Source: Camelus dromedarius (lineage: Eukaryota). From it: a stretch of DNA of 64,000 bases. Within the stretch, counting starts at the first letter, position 1. Each line of letters begins with the position of its first letter. The notes under the pieces were generated by a model. It was not told the DNA's origin. It saw nothing but the letters and a program-made list of their open reading frames with translations, and ran no database searches. The translations under genes were made by a program, and so were the position numbers. Below are positions 24,401-39,400 of this stretch, piece by piece. Location: positions 86,678,001 through 86,742,000 of the forward strand of contig NC_087436.1 of NCBI RefSeq assembly GCF_036321535.1, given 5' to 3'.

Positions 24401-27400
24401 TAAATGGAGAGAGAGTCCTTGTTCACATATTGACTCAACGTTGTAAGGTATGAATTCCATACAAACTGGTCTACAGCATCAATGTAATAACAATATGGTA
24501 TAGTAGGAGAAAGAACTCTGGAGCCAGGCTGCACGGTTTCAAATCCTGACTCTGCCACTAATTGTGTGACATTGGGGAAGTAATTTAATCTGGCTATTCT
24601 TCCATTCCCTAGCCCATAAAATGAGGATAACAGTATGCCTGATTTATAAGGCTGTCAGGATTACATGAATTAACAAGTGTTTGTCATATTGTAAGCATAG
24701 TATAAGTGTTAGTTATGAATCAAAATCTTAACAGAGTTTTTCATGAAACTTGCAAAGTTGACTCTAAAATAGGTAAGTAAGAGCAATGGCCTAAGGATAC
24801 TTCCGAAGCAGAATAAGGTAAATAGATTTTGCTGAACCAGGTATCAGATTTCTTATAAAACTCAAAATTAAGATAGTGTGGCATTATTAGCACAGAGATA
24901 GTTAAATTAACCAAATGAATAGTCCAGAAAGCTAAGAAACAGATCCATGAATACAGGGAAAGTTGATACACGAATGGAGATGACACTACTACTTAACAAA
25001 TAACACTAGGACAATTATATCTTTACTTTATAACGTAGGCAAAAATTAATTCTAGACGGCTTAAGAACTCATACATGAAAAACAAAATTTGAACACTTTG
25101 TGGGGGGAAAATGTGCTGAAGAATAATCTTTATATACTTGAAGTAGAGAAAGTCACGGTCCAATCATGAACCCGATTAAAATGTGGTATGACTTTGCAAA
25201 CTGATAAAGTATAAGAGGAAAAAATGATAATTTTTATGTATTTGCCACAGAAACTTTCTCCTTTGAGGGGCTTGAGTATAATTATCTCTCTAGTACACAA
25301 TATTTACATAGCCATAATAATGTAAATATGGCTTATTGTTTAGCTTTTAGAATAAAAAATATGTCAGGGTACAGATAATTTTGGTTACAAGACAGAATAT
25401 AAGAAATGTAGCTGATCAAAGCTGGGAGGCAGAGTGGGAAAAGGAGACAAAGGCTTAGAAACAGAGGGTAGGTATGTAAATAAAAAAAGAAGTAAATAAA
25501 AACACTGGTGGGGAAAAGGAGAGAAGCAGTGATGGTAAGTGAGCAAAATACACATCTATCCTACTAGGAAGACAACAGATGGTATCTAAAGTTATATAAT
25601 CAAGAAATAGTGTTAAAATAAGCTTATGCAGAAATGCCATGTAGAACATCAGAAAAACTAAAAACCATTAAAAATGTCTGTCTAGACAGTTCTTTAATAT
25701 TCCTACAAAGATTACTTTTTAACTAGGTATTATTTTATAAGCACAATCTTAACATGCACATCAAGAAAAATTAGTATTTCCATCTATAGTTACACAGTAG
25801 AGTTTGAGGATGAATTACAAAATTCTAAAATAAAAAAAGGTAAGACACAAAATTACTAACAAAGAGGAAGCTGTATTTATCATCTTCATTTCAAGGCTTT
25901 GACAGGATAAAGAAAACTTTTAACTTTACTTAATTCTTGCACTATGCTTTATCATTGTTGGTACCGAAGTCCTTCATTAAAGAAAAAAGAACCCAAAAAA
26001 CACCCCACCTGAGAGAGGAGTTGGGGGTGGTAAAGAATGAACAGAAAACTCTTGATTTTTTATTTAAAATGTGCATATATTACTTTGAGAAAAGGTTAAA
26101 TGCTTAATCAGCCGTTTTTCAAAAAATGAAATCTTCCACAAGGAAATTATGTAGATAACTTCAAGAATAAAGTCATATTCTTTCTGATGTAGGCTAATCC
26201 TCATGTTCATTTGTACAGAAACAAATACACAAAGAATTTAATGACAAGTGCTACCAAAGAGGTTAAAAATAAAATTTAACTTAATAAGCAAAGCTTATCG
26301 AGTACTTACATATTACAGGAACTGTGCTGAGTACTTTATATTCAAACTTTAACAGATGAGAAAAAGGATTTCGGCTTTTTTTTAACTTATCCAAAGTTAC
26401 TAAGATAAGATGGACCCAGGACCCAAACCAAGGCTGTCTAACTGCAGGGCCTTTGCTTTAACAATTATGCTACACTGCCTCAAAGTGCAAAAAAGGGAGG
26501 GAACTCAGAGCTTACTGGAGATGGTGGGGAGAACCATAAAAATAACAGCTAAACAGAGTGTTTATTAAGTGGTAGGACTTCGGTGCTTCTATGTATTCTC
26601 ATTGAACTTCACCTTATGAGGAAGAATTACGCTCTCGATTTAATGGTTGAAGATCCATGAAAGTCACATAAATAATGAGGGGGGGAAGCAAGATTCCAAC
26701 CCAAAGAATACAACTTCCTGGAAGCCCAGGGGTGGGGCGTTGGGGAAATGATATAACCTTAAAAACAAATAAGTCAACAGAAAAACTACCTCTTGATGTG
26801 AATGAATGGAGTATGTGGCCTGAACAAGGTGGGTCTGAAGGACGACAGTACAGTACACTTACACAGATACCTAGAAGGTCACTGAAAGTATATGACTGAT
26901 ACTATGATCTGATCTCTCACCAATATTTATAAATTCTACTGCATAAATGCCTTTAGAACCACTAATTTTCTCCATCTCCCATGGTACTAACTGAATACAG
27001 GACCATACATTTCTTCCCCTGGATTACTCCAACAGCTTCTTGTTCTCCCAATCAAGCAGGCATTCCCTACAAATCCACAATTTTCTCACAGTAAGTAGCC
27101 AGAATGGACCCTTTTCAAATGTAAACCTAGCAATGACACAACTCAGCATAAAAATAAATGGCCCCTCAGAGCCCTCTGAACAAGGTCTAAGCTCTAAGAC
27201 ACAGCTATAAACGCCCTGCACAATTTGTCTCATCTCTAGATGTTCACCATGCATTCCACCCACACCATACTTCTTTCAGTTCACAGAGCCTACCATGCTC
27301 TCTCTCAGCCCCATGTTTCTGAACATGATTTGAACCCCAAGTCAAATCAGCCACACTCCATTCGTTGGGATTGGGAGACCCCTCCAACATGCCACCATGC

Positions 27401-30400
27401 TCTTATGACACCATCTTCTGTCATCTGGTTGTTTCTTCACTAGCCTATAAATTCACTGCAGGCAAGCAAACTTATGTCTAGTTTACTGTATCCCTAAAAC
27501 CTAGTATAATACACAGCATTTTTAAAATAAGTAAGTGGATCAATAGATCTAAGCAGAAAGTGGTATCAGAAGCCCTTAGAATGGATAAAGTTGTCAAGAG
27601 TGACCATGAAAGAGGACATGGCCAAATGATCTAGAAGGAAAAATAAACCAGTGAGGGTGGAAAGATGAGGTTAGCTGGATGTCATCAGTCAAGAAACATA
27701 AAGATTATGGACAACAAAGATGGACAATTTGGTGATAAATTTTAAATCCTTTTAGGAAAAGGCAAGGCATAAATACCCCTCGTGTCATCTTTATTAGTTT
27801 TTAAAAGTATAGTTGATAAAGAAAAGTATACCATTAAGCAACCTGGAATGTACATAAGACCTGGTTATTCCTGTAGTTAATATTTTTAAATTGCACTGTA
27901 AGATAGTATTTTAAACCATGGAAGTATGTTTTTATTGCTTTAAAAGTATTTATGCACTTTACTTATTAAAATTGAATCTGAGCAATTAAAAAAATAACAC
28001 TTACCATTGCCATATGGAAAAGCACGTGCAGAACGACTATCATAACCAGAGGAATGTCCACTGTTAAAGAAAAATGTATTTTTATGTGTTGCAAGTAAGT
28101 TCTGAATTTTAATAATTTGGTGCAAATGCAAAACATAAGACAGAATTACGAGTTTTCTTTAACCATCATATAATGGTAGCTGTAATTCCATAATTTTATT
28201 TTTTAAAACTAAAATCCCAGGCTTTTTAACCTCAAAAAAAATTAAACCTAACACCTAACACATTGTAAAGAAGATATAGCTTGTTTAGTACTATTAAACA
28301 TGAATAATCCAACCAACTCAGCCAACTCATGAGATAACAGAAACTGAGGCTAACAGAGTATTTCAGACTTAGTTAAAATTTAGCCTTAAAAAAAAATGAC
28401 TTCAATAATTAAAAACCAGAAATTCAGCCCTACTGACAGAATCTACAAATAATACTTTTTAACATTTTGATTAAGAAAACAAATATATGATTAACAAGGA
28501 CTTAATAAAATTAAATCCTTACAGTCTCACAATTCCCACTTCACTGAGTTTTCTCATTTCTTTTGGAAATCATATTCATGGTTTGATGCTCTTGATGTAA
28601 AGTTCTCACAATTTTTCTTTTTATATAATTTGAATCACTTTCTCAGAAATACACTATTTTAATAGTTTATTTGCCACTTAAGAGGAAATAATAATTGCCA
28701 CCATTTATTAGTTGTTTCTAACTGCCAAGAATGGTGCTGATGCTTTATAGTCACTAGCTGTTGTAAATCTTCACAATTCTATCAATCTCATTCAGTAAAG
28801 AGGAAACAGTCCCAGTGAATAGTTATGAACCTTGCCTAGCAACCCCAAACTGGGAAATCTTGAAGCCAAAATCTGAACCAGGTCTGTGTGATTCCAAAGC
28901 CTATGCTGTTAAACATGGCATTGCTATCCACAGCATTCCAAATAACATAAATCCTAAGTGCAGGGTATAAAAATTAAGGCTATTGCTATGCAGAAGGGAT
29001 CTGATCTGCCTTTGCGGAAGCTGAGTTGTGTAGGGTAGCAAGGACTTAGGCAGTTCTTCTTTACTATATGGTCCCTCATAATAGCTGTCCTTACTTAATC
29101 CTAAAACAGACATGCATTATTCATGATTACTAGTCATCTGCTTGTATTTCCCATAAAACTGACTATAACCAAGTTTTCACCCATCTAGGAGTTTCTTTAA
29201 TAAGAGTGTCATAAATCAAAGCAAGGTATTTCAAAATACTATTATTTAGTTTTGTCTGTCCTGTTTTGTTCTTATAGGTCTAAAATTTTACATAAAAGTA
29301 ACTAATATAGATTTAGACTTATGAATTAAAAGGCAGGTACTATTGTTTATAATATTAAGTCTTTGAAGTATTACCAAGATATATATGATTCTTCTGCCAA
29401 AAGCCTATCAATAATAAAAATTTACAGTATCCATACTAATTTACCTTTCTATTGTTGGTATAAGAGATGGAGGTGGAGCGCCTGGTGGAGGAGGAAAACC
29501 TGAAACATTCAATCATAAAATAAAAAAAGTTAACAGAATGTACATTTAATGTTAAGAGTTAAAGTTGCTGTGTGTCACTAAATTTCTCTGGGGACATAAC
29601 ATGCTTCTCTATGTTATAATGGACAGAAAAAAAATGGAGCTTAAAATTATGAATAGATTTTTAGAGCAATATAAGTATAAATGAACAATCTGGTCTAATA
29701 CACAGAGCACAAATTGGGAGTCAGGACACCTGGTCTTATTTTCAGCACCACACACAGCCCATTTTGTCAGTATGAGAAAGTTAATCTCAATGCCTTACCT
29801 TTTCCATATATAAAACAGTAGTAGTGTTGCCACAGGTATGTTATACTTTAAATATTTTAGAAGAAAAGCAAATAAAATAGCATTTACCTTTCAAAAAATA
29901 TTTTGAATTTCGGATGTATAAATTTCCTTAAAATGTATAATTTATAAATAAAATCTTACCAGTAAATATATAAATGCTTAAGGCTGAGAACATCCACCAT
30001 AAAATATGTTTTAAATAGCACAACCCTGAAGAACTATTTTACAAAGAAAAGCACATAATGTAGTTTCTGAATGAGTTTGGAAAGAAAATAATTTGCACCT
30101 TTATATCATGAGGTCTGCATTCTAAATAATTCACAATACCTAACGAAGGCATGAAATGAAACACCACAGAATACGCTACAAGGGACCTTAACAGTTAACT
30201 TCTCTGCACCTTCTAATTCAGATAGGCAACAAAGCATCCCAACAAGACTTGAAGATTCTACAACTTTTGATACTAATTCCTTATGACACCAATTCCTGCC
30301 AAGCTTTAACAACCCTCACTATTAGAAAGTGTATTAAATTATATAACATAAATCTCTCACACTACAATTCATATGCTGATCTGAATGAAGACAAGAAGCA

Positions 30401-33400
30401 ATCCATCGAAATACATACTTGAAAACCCTTCAACTAAGCCTCCTTTTTAGTGTTCTATGTAAAAACGAATCCCAGTAATCCTAACCCTTCTCAAAAGTCC
30501 ACTAAAATCAATTTTTGGCCCTCCTTCAAGTTGTTTCCAATTCACCATGCTCATCTTCACTGTTTCTAGTTTTAGGTTCTATAACTCCTCTATTAAACAT
30601 CTTAGCAGTGTAAAATTTAGCAATTACCACTTTAGTCCTAGTGTCCACAGTCCTATTTATACAGCCTTACAACCACATTTCTCTTTAACCTAAAAAGACA
30701 CACCAATGATTCCTTTGACTTTTCCTGCTAAGTCTTTTTCAGCCACATTCATACACAATCAGTGCTCTCTATCCCACATTTAAATACATATACTATCGCA
30801 TGCTATCTGAACTCCACTATTTTGTTTATCAAGGTCACTTTGAATTTAGACCTACCCTTCTAATAAGCACTGTCACTTCTCATTCTCTTTATACTTCTTG
30901 ACTTTTAATACTGAACTCAGTAAACACACTTGCTATCATATTTGCATCACACTTTCAAAAAAAAAAAAAACCTGAAAAAATGTGAAAAACTACACTGGGC
31001 CACATATAAACTCATATTGATCATATCATTACAACAATGAACAATTTAATCACATGCTCTAAGAACAACCATCTGACCAGTTGTCAACCTATCTAATTGT
31101 GTGGTCCAGAACACATTTTCTCACAGTACTGAGTTATGCCAGCAGGGTAAAAAAAATTAGAAAACATAATAAAGTCAAGATAAATGATCTTTCTCTTCTC
31201 TTGCAGTCACTTTATCATACAAAAAATTCACTGGTCTGAAAAAATAATTTTTAATAAAATATTTTATATACTATACTCTGTTTTCTTCAATAAATTGATA
31301 TGGCAAGAATTTTCTCAGAATCTCTATTTCTACAGAAATGGGTAAGACAGGTATAAGAAAACTAAATATCTTAATCAAAACTGGAATGAAGCAAGGCAGA
31401 GCTGAAAATAGGACCTTGAAATCCCAAAAGCCTATTCCATATTCTAACCACATCAACACTGTCCCTCCTGTAACTATAAGCTTGAAATTTCATGTTTATT
31501 AACAATGATGGAGAAAACATGAAAAAAGTTTTACCTGGAGGTGGTACAGTTATTGGAATACCTAAAAAACAAGTGATGAAATTTAATATAGTAATTGGAT
31601 TTCATAACCTGTTATGTATTTATGCCATCACCAAAGAAAACTTTGAAATAAAACCCCTCGCCTCATTTTCCTGGCTTATTCACTCAAAAGCAGCATTCTG
31701 TTTTCTTGCAGAGGATCAACAATTCGAGTGTAACATCCAACTTCCTGATGAAAACCCAGTCTAACAACTTGATAACAAGGCTTCCCCCACTAGTTGTAAT
31801 CACAAACAAAGTGAGACATTAGTTAAAAAAAGCACACTTGTGCATACACAAATATCAAACTCCATGAAATTAACACTAAGTTTGATAATAAATGTCTGAT
31901 CTTGTTATTTTAACAGTTTAATAAAGAAAGTGAACTGTGGGCTCAATACTGCAAGTAGTGCAAGGTAACTCTGAAGATGATGGATATTCGCTTTAGTAAA
32001 GCTATGAGGGACATTCAGGTGTTGATTTGAATTGTTTTACTATTACTGACAGGAGTAGGGAAAGGCTATTATTTCCCTTGATTTGTGTGAAGAGAGATGG
32101 GGGTATAGCCAATTCATATATATATACACCCCCAGGGCACACTAAGATAAATGTGGACAGTTTACTTTCTATAGAAGAAGAAGTAAATACTAATTTGAGT
32201 GACTCTCACTCATTTGCATATTATAAACTTTAAGAAATAAACTATGTATAAACATTCTCAATTTATACTGGTCAAAAGTGCCCTTAAATCCTAATTTAAA
32301 ATATATATGTCATGCAAATTATTTCTTGTATGAAGATTTAAAATGACATTTCTAAGTAGGAAAATTAAAAAAAAAAAACTTTTTCATGAAAAATTGTATA
32401 CCATAAATAACTTCAATAAAATCAGAGTGGTTTACTAAATCCAATCTTAAAAATTGCATCAAAATTATTCCCAAAGAGGAAAAAGTAATCTAATTCATTA
32501 ACTAAATGCATGGGAAAAGATAATGAAAAAAAATTGCTTTCAAATGTTTGTCAATGGAAACATCTGCTAATAATTTATTTTAAATTTTCTATGCATGTTT
32601 TCCCAGAATAAGAGGTTTATACAGAGAGATCTTAAAGTGGCAAGTGGCCTTAAAATGGAGAATGAAACACCTTATTTAACCACCCTTGCAATAAAAGGAT
32701 ATGCTAAACTTACAAAACCAACAAGACTGAAAAAGATATATAAGGCAGCCATCATGTTTCAAAAATCATTAGGCCTCCACAAGTCTATGAAAATGAGCTA
32801 CACTTCATGGTAGTTCCCATCCATCCTAAAGTACCCCGCTGCTTCCTATTTAACTAAGCTAAAGAATCCAGGAAACAATACAAACTAGCAGAGTCCCAGA
32901 CACCAAACTAAATGGGAAATTAAGGAAGGCAAAGCATATTAAATGTTGTTAATATCCACTATTATTTGATTTTCTTTAGAACAGTATAGATTTTTTTATA
33001 GCACTATTGAACTTCACTGTGTGACCTAGTTTTCACATTTAAATTCACAACTATTTAAATAAACGACTATTTTCTCAGTTGTGTAAGATAAAGAACTATA
33101 CCAAATGCAGCAACCCACTCCATAATCCTAATAACTACTTCAGTAACTACACGAGCAAAATGCATCACTGCAGCTAACTACAATGTGAATTCATGTAAAA
33201 TAACTAAGAAAATACTAGTCAGCCCTCTCAAAATTTAGTCCTCAAAACATGTAAACTGTCAAACTTTCACTAAACATAAATATAAATGATATAACCAAAT
33301 TATTAAGTATGCTATGAAAGGTAGTTAAAATCACATTCTGCTTTTAATTTCAATCTTCCTACAACAGTATCATAGGACAGATTTTTTAGAAATCAACTGG

Positions 33401-36400
33401 AAGGAATTAAGAACAAAAAGAAAAACTATGCTACACAGACAGGTAGAGATGTCTTCTTTGCAAATAATTATCTACACATCAGAAAGCTGGCATGAAAACC
33501 AGAAAGGGCCCTTCTTGTGAGATCTCTATTTCATCTAAGATATTTCAATGCAAATTTTTATTGGCAAATGATTACTGAAACAGAACTTCAAAGTTGATGA
33601 AACACTATACAATCCACTCTCTGAAAATTAGCAAATGTGTTTTTAAAATACAACTAAGAAAGTTTAATGTGACATGTTAGACTAACATAATTCTCATCTG
33701 AAAAAAAAAATCACTATTCGGTATTTGACTTTCATTAACAAAAGAGAAACTGTGTAAGGAAAGAGGTTCATCTCAAAATTCCCTGTCCTCTCCTTCAGCA
33801 ACACTCCCAACTTTCCCCACCAACAGATGTGCTGCTCAGCCAACAGACTTGAAATACACAAGGCAAGTATTGTGTTTCTTTTCCATATCCTTTATCTGTA
33901 AAGTGAGTAGGAAAAAAATGTTTGTTTTCCTGGAAAGCTTTGCATACAGTAGTAAAAGTAAGATTTCTAGTACTGGTCAAAAGCTTTCGGAAAAGTAATA
34001 TTCAAGTTCTAAAGGGACTGAATAGATTAGTGGTTTTGAAACTTTAGCAACAATCACAATCACCCAGAGAATGTGTTAAAACACAGACTGCTGGGACCCT
34101 CCCCTAGAACTGCTGATTCAGTAGGTCTGGAGTGGAGTAGAGAATTTACATTCCTAACAAGGAGATGATGTTGCTGACCTGATACCATACTTTGAGAATC
34201 ACTGGATTAGATTCAAACTTCTTGACTAATTGCACTGCTGAGCACCTCAATATTCAGAACAGATAAATTCCATTTGAAATTTTTATGAAACAAAACATGT
34301 GACACTTTGAAAAAATAACACAGCTATATCACAGCCTATACTATCTGGTGTCTTCAAAAGAAAGAGAACAGGATTTAACTTTTCCAGTGTGTAATATACT
34401 TTTAAATGTAAAGAAGCATGGGGGTTGGGGGACCTGAAATCCTATTTGGGGACTGAAGGAACCGAAGCAAAGACAGAAAGGCAGCAGACCAGCAAAACGT
34501 CTTATCAAAAGGAATTCAACTATATTTTTTAAATTCTCACAAAATAGAGGCTCTGTACTCAATTAAAAAACTGAATAAAAACTATCTATGAACTTATTCT
34601 CAGTGTATCCCATTGTTACTCTGAATAACCAAGGCAAAAAAGTTACGTGATGGCAGCCTCAGACATGGCTTTCAGTGATCCCCGCCTCGTGGTATTCATG
34701 TCTTTTTATACCTCTGATACTTATATTTTCCTCTGGAGTGTGGTCTGGATATAATGACTTACTTCTAATAAACAAAATACAGCAAAAATGATGGGATGGC
34801 ACTTCCATGCCTAGGTTGCAAAAGACAGTGACATCTATTTTGCTGGTTTCCTCTATTGTGTTCTCAGAATTCATGCTTTGTTGAAGAAAGCTGCCACATT
34901 GGAGAGGAAGTCAATCTTTTCAACAGAGGTCATGAGTCCTTTCTTAGTTAAACTTTTGATGTGATTATCTTAGTGGGTGAGAGCCCTTGAAGCAGAGGAC
35001 CAGCTAAGCTGCCCCAACAAACACTGTTCAATAATAAATGTATGTTGTTTTAAGCAATTATGTTCTACAGTAATTTGTTATGGAGCAAGAGCTAACTGAT
35101 ACATACAGTAACTACCTATCACATCTCTATTAAGTTCAAATGAAATAAAAAAAAAGCACAGGAGAACTATGTGAACTATGTTTCCTATTTCTCACTTGGA
35201 AATTGCAAATTTCATCAACACTACTATGTTACAAATAGGTAAGTCTGATCACTTTCCTTAAGTCTCATCAACTTCTACTTTAAAGCCATCAAGCTCATAA
35301 GTAAGTTCTGCACAAAAATAACTGAGTACAAAAAGTCAAGGTTTATAAAAATCTTTAGATACTACTACCTTCCACCACATGCTTTTCTATATATCAGTAT
35401 TTTTAATATTATATATACACACACATCATGTGCCATCTACCCTTAAAAAAATAAACAGTAGAATACCATAAAAGTATTTCTTAAAACTGTACAATGATTA
35501 ATCACAAAGGTATAAAAAGGGATGGAAGTAACTCTGAAGAAAAAAAATGTTAAAAGGTACTTAAGTCACAAAACTTAAAGCAACAAAAAAAGTTATCAGC
35601 ATACTCCATACCTAAAAAGTAAAAAAGATAATTTTATGTTAACTATAACACAGATAAACTATTTTATCTTTATTAGGATCTCTTAATCCTCTAATTTATA
35701 AAATAATCTAAAAGCCTACAGAAAAAAATTCTGTTAGACAAATAAAAGTATCTCTGATAGAAATATTAGTATTTTTTACAAATAACTTGTAAAGGAATTA
35801 ATTTCTATAAACTCATATCTAATGGAAAAATAACTGAAAGACAAGCACAAACAAAAACCAAATACTAAACCATAATTAAATTCTATAAAAGACAGCATCC
35901 ATGGTGTATTAAAATATAAGTCTTATAAAGGGAGCATCTCTGGGGAAAAAAAGACATTCAAAAATCAATATCCCAAAGAGGCTTTTAATTTCTATTAAAC
36001 TTACATTTAAATTAATTTTAATTGTGCCAAAAAATACTGCTCATTACAGATAATTAGCATTATTCCCTATTTTGAGTTTACTGAAAACACTGGTAGACTG
36101 TTGGGGTTTTTTTTTAATATAGGAAAATGCAACAAAATAGAAAATGAGTACAGTTCTCAAAAACTTCAAGAAATTATTTTTCAAAAGGTACTTTTAGAAA
36201 ATACATTTCTGAAATGTTTACATTTTTGGCAAACAGCATCAGTTAATATGCAGATTTGCTATTAAAATTCTTCATGGAACTATAAAATTAGCTTAATAAA
36301 TGTTATTCACAGAATAGCTTCTCAAATAAAGGGACACAATAGTACTTCCTCAAGGGTGCATATAATATTCATCCAATTCAAGCCATGATTCTGCCAAATC

Positions 36401-39400
36401 AGCAGTTCTCAAAGTGTTATCTGGAGCTTCCTAAGGGGTCCCTCAGGCCCTTCTAGGAATCAGGAAGGTCAAAACTCCTTTTATAAAAGCACTAGAATGT
36501 TATTTGCCATTTTCACGTTCATTCTCTTACAAATGTTCAATGAAGTTTTTCCAGGGGCTACATAACATGTGAAATCACAACAGATTAATGAAGAAGCAAG
36601 TAAAAGAATCCAGTTTTTTTTCTTTTAAGCCACAAAGTAAAGAGAGCTGCGAAAGTGTACAACAAGGCCACACAGTAAAGAGAGCTGTGAAAGTGTACAA
36701 CAAGGCCATTCTTTGCACTAAATGGCTTTGGTTATTCTGGAAAAATTAAGTTATTTTTCATAAAAATGTTGTCTTAATATTAATACATAATGGGCTTATT
36801 ACGTATCTCTAAAAATATTTGAAATATAATATTTTAATTTATCAGTTCTACTTTTTACTGAAAATTAGATATAATACAAATAAACAAAAGCTCTTTCAGG
36901 TCTGCAGTTAACTTTTAAGAGTCTAAAGAGGTCTGTGACGAAAAAGTTTGATAGTTGCTGTGCTAGAAACCAGATTATTAACAGGAAAATAATCTAAAGA
37001 CAATGCAGACCCTAGAGGAAATGCAGAAAGACTCCAGACTTGAGCTGCTTTCCTCCCTAACCCCATATGTCATCAATGACTCAAAATCAAGGTATTTAAG
37101 GAATAGATAAGATTTTTAAGCTCATATAATTTGTAGTACTAGATGACTAGTAAGATACTAATGTATCTAACAAGTCTTCTAGGAAGAAATGTACTTCCTT
37201 CTAAAACACAAAATTTTATACATTTTGAAATCTAGATAAACAGCTAAACCCCAGATCCAACTTTAAAAGCAGGGATGACTTATCTGTGTTCTGCATTCAC
37301 TGAGCTACATCTCAGTAAAGCAAAAAGCCTTATTCAACTTTGGAGAATTCAACTCATGAGCTTGATTTCAATTGTTCCCAAGAACCAGAGCCACATGAGG
37401 CTTAATATTAAGGTAATAAGCAATAAGTTAAATTGAATCTCCCTTGTCTTGTTCAACAAACTTCATTATTAAAAAAGGAAGATAAAATATGACACTAAAG
37501 TAAATTAACATTTAAAAGCCTAAATTAAAAGCCTACCATAAAACATAAGTTTGACCATAGTTTTAAAACAGCTTGTTTACAATTATTAACTATTTTATTT
37601 AAATAAACCAAATAATATAAGCCAGACACAGAAGGACAAATATCATATGATTCCATTTATATGCGGTACCAAGAATAGGCAAATTCACAGAGACAGAAAG
37701 AGGCCACCAGAAGCTGGGGTAGGGAGAAAGGTATGTTTAATGAGTACACAGTTTTTGTTATGAATGATGAAAAAGTTTTAGGTATAGATAGTGATGGCTA
37801 CACAACACTGTAAATGTATGTAATGCCACTGAATTGTACACTGACAAATGGTTAAAATGATCAATACTATGTATAGTTTACTATAAACATACACACACAC
37901 ACAATCAACTACTCCATAACATCAGTTCTTCCAATTTTACAATTTTTCTTCCAACACACATGCATTTCAAAACTGGTTTATTCAGTAAACAGACTTAACA
38001 CTAATCAGGCAAAGAGTAAAACCTCAGTTAACTGGTTTTTTTTTTTTTTAATGTGATTCTTGCTCTTTACAACCTTCCTAACTTCCTTAACCACAAACAT
38101 ATATGCATGCACTTCAACATCAGGAAATTTAAAAAAAAAAAAAGCTTTTAAGCCATGTTACTGAGGTGAACACACATAACTCAATAATGCAGCTTTCTTG
38201 ACATAGGTAATGATTCACTTCTTCACTTCAACATAGTTAATAAAATAGGCATTCAAGCAAAAATGCCTAGGTTAGAATTCTGGTTCTGCAACTTTCTAAC
38301 TATTACTTAAGTCTCTTAAGCCAGTTTCCTCATATGTAAAATCAGAATAATATCTGCCTCAGATGTTGTTGAGAATCAAATTGAGTTAATAAGTGAAATG
38401 TGTTCAGAACAGTGTTTTCAATAATAAGCATTCATTAAATATTAGCTATTATTTCTATTATTGCTCAGAGAAAGCATGAAACCATACTAATTTCTGAAAA
38501 AAATTAATTCATCAGAAACTATTTCCTGGTTCACTAGAAAATGAAAATAACATTTCTAAAGTTAAGGAAGATCCTGAATAACCAGTGTTTGTTTTCAAGT
38601 TACACTGTTAGTATGGTGGCAAGGAACTATATTAAATACTCTTCCATTCAAAAGCCACAACGTTAATGTAGGACCAAAGTCCCTTATGTGCTTATTGTAC
38701 TCTCCAATACAAGGCCTCCTCTGCTCTTCATACAAATCTATCGTGGCCAGAAATACAACTTCGTCCTTTCTGTTACTAACAAAGCTTCATGTATGTTGTA
38801 GATGTGTGTTTGAGGCGAGAGGAAGCAACACATTGCTTCTTTTCTGCTAACTATTTGACAATGAAAGTCCCTTGAATGAAGCACTCTTTATCACTGCTAA
38901 GGAGTAACCGTATACTCATTCAATAAGCCACACCTAAAATTTCCAAGAGCTGACCATATATTTTATTATCCTCCGCATCAGGGAATTTCTGAGAGTAAGT
39001 AATAATCATTAAGCTTGGTTAAAAGTTATAACAGGACTGTTCCAGGAAAATCTGGATATATGGTCACCCTATTCATGAAAAAACATCACACTCCAAAATA
39101 AGGGCATAATACATCATTGCTGTATTTGTTCTATCATATACAGAACTATAGCCTTAAAAACTTAAGCATTTGAAACCTAATGTTAACAAAGGCTACATTA
39201 AAATATGTTTAAATTAATTCTCCAAAGATTTTTTCATTTTTCCTTTCAGCATTTCTAAAGAAAGCAAAAGGGTTTTCCAAGGTTTCTCTAAGACAAATGG
39301 AGTACTTAAAGCAATACTTACAGACTCCTGAGCCACAGCTTTCTTTCATTAGTTGCTTATGATTCTTAAGGTGATCTAAATTACAGCAAACTCTACAGAA

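Larger units (their letters stand above)
20300..25300 (+). mobile_element. Ancient degraded LINE-1 (L1M-type) ORF1/ORF2 remnant interrupted by younger insertions
   Basis: A-rich + strand with decayed L1 ORF2 motifs (e.g. ccagatggcttttacaggtgag, ataacctcaataccaaaaccag, gaggtcctagccagcacaataagac); boundaries approximate. Confidence 0.75.

Noticed and set aside
36629..36708. 38-bp direct repeat as a CRISPR-like array
   Set aside because: Only two adjacent copies, no spacers, mammalian DNA
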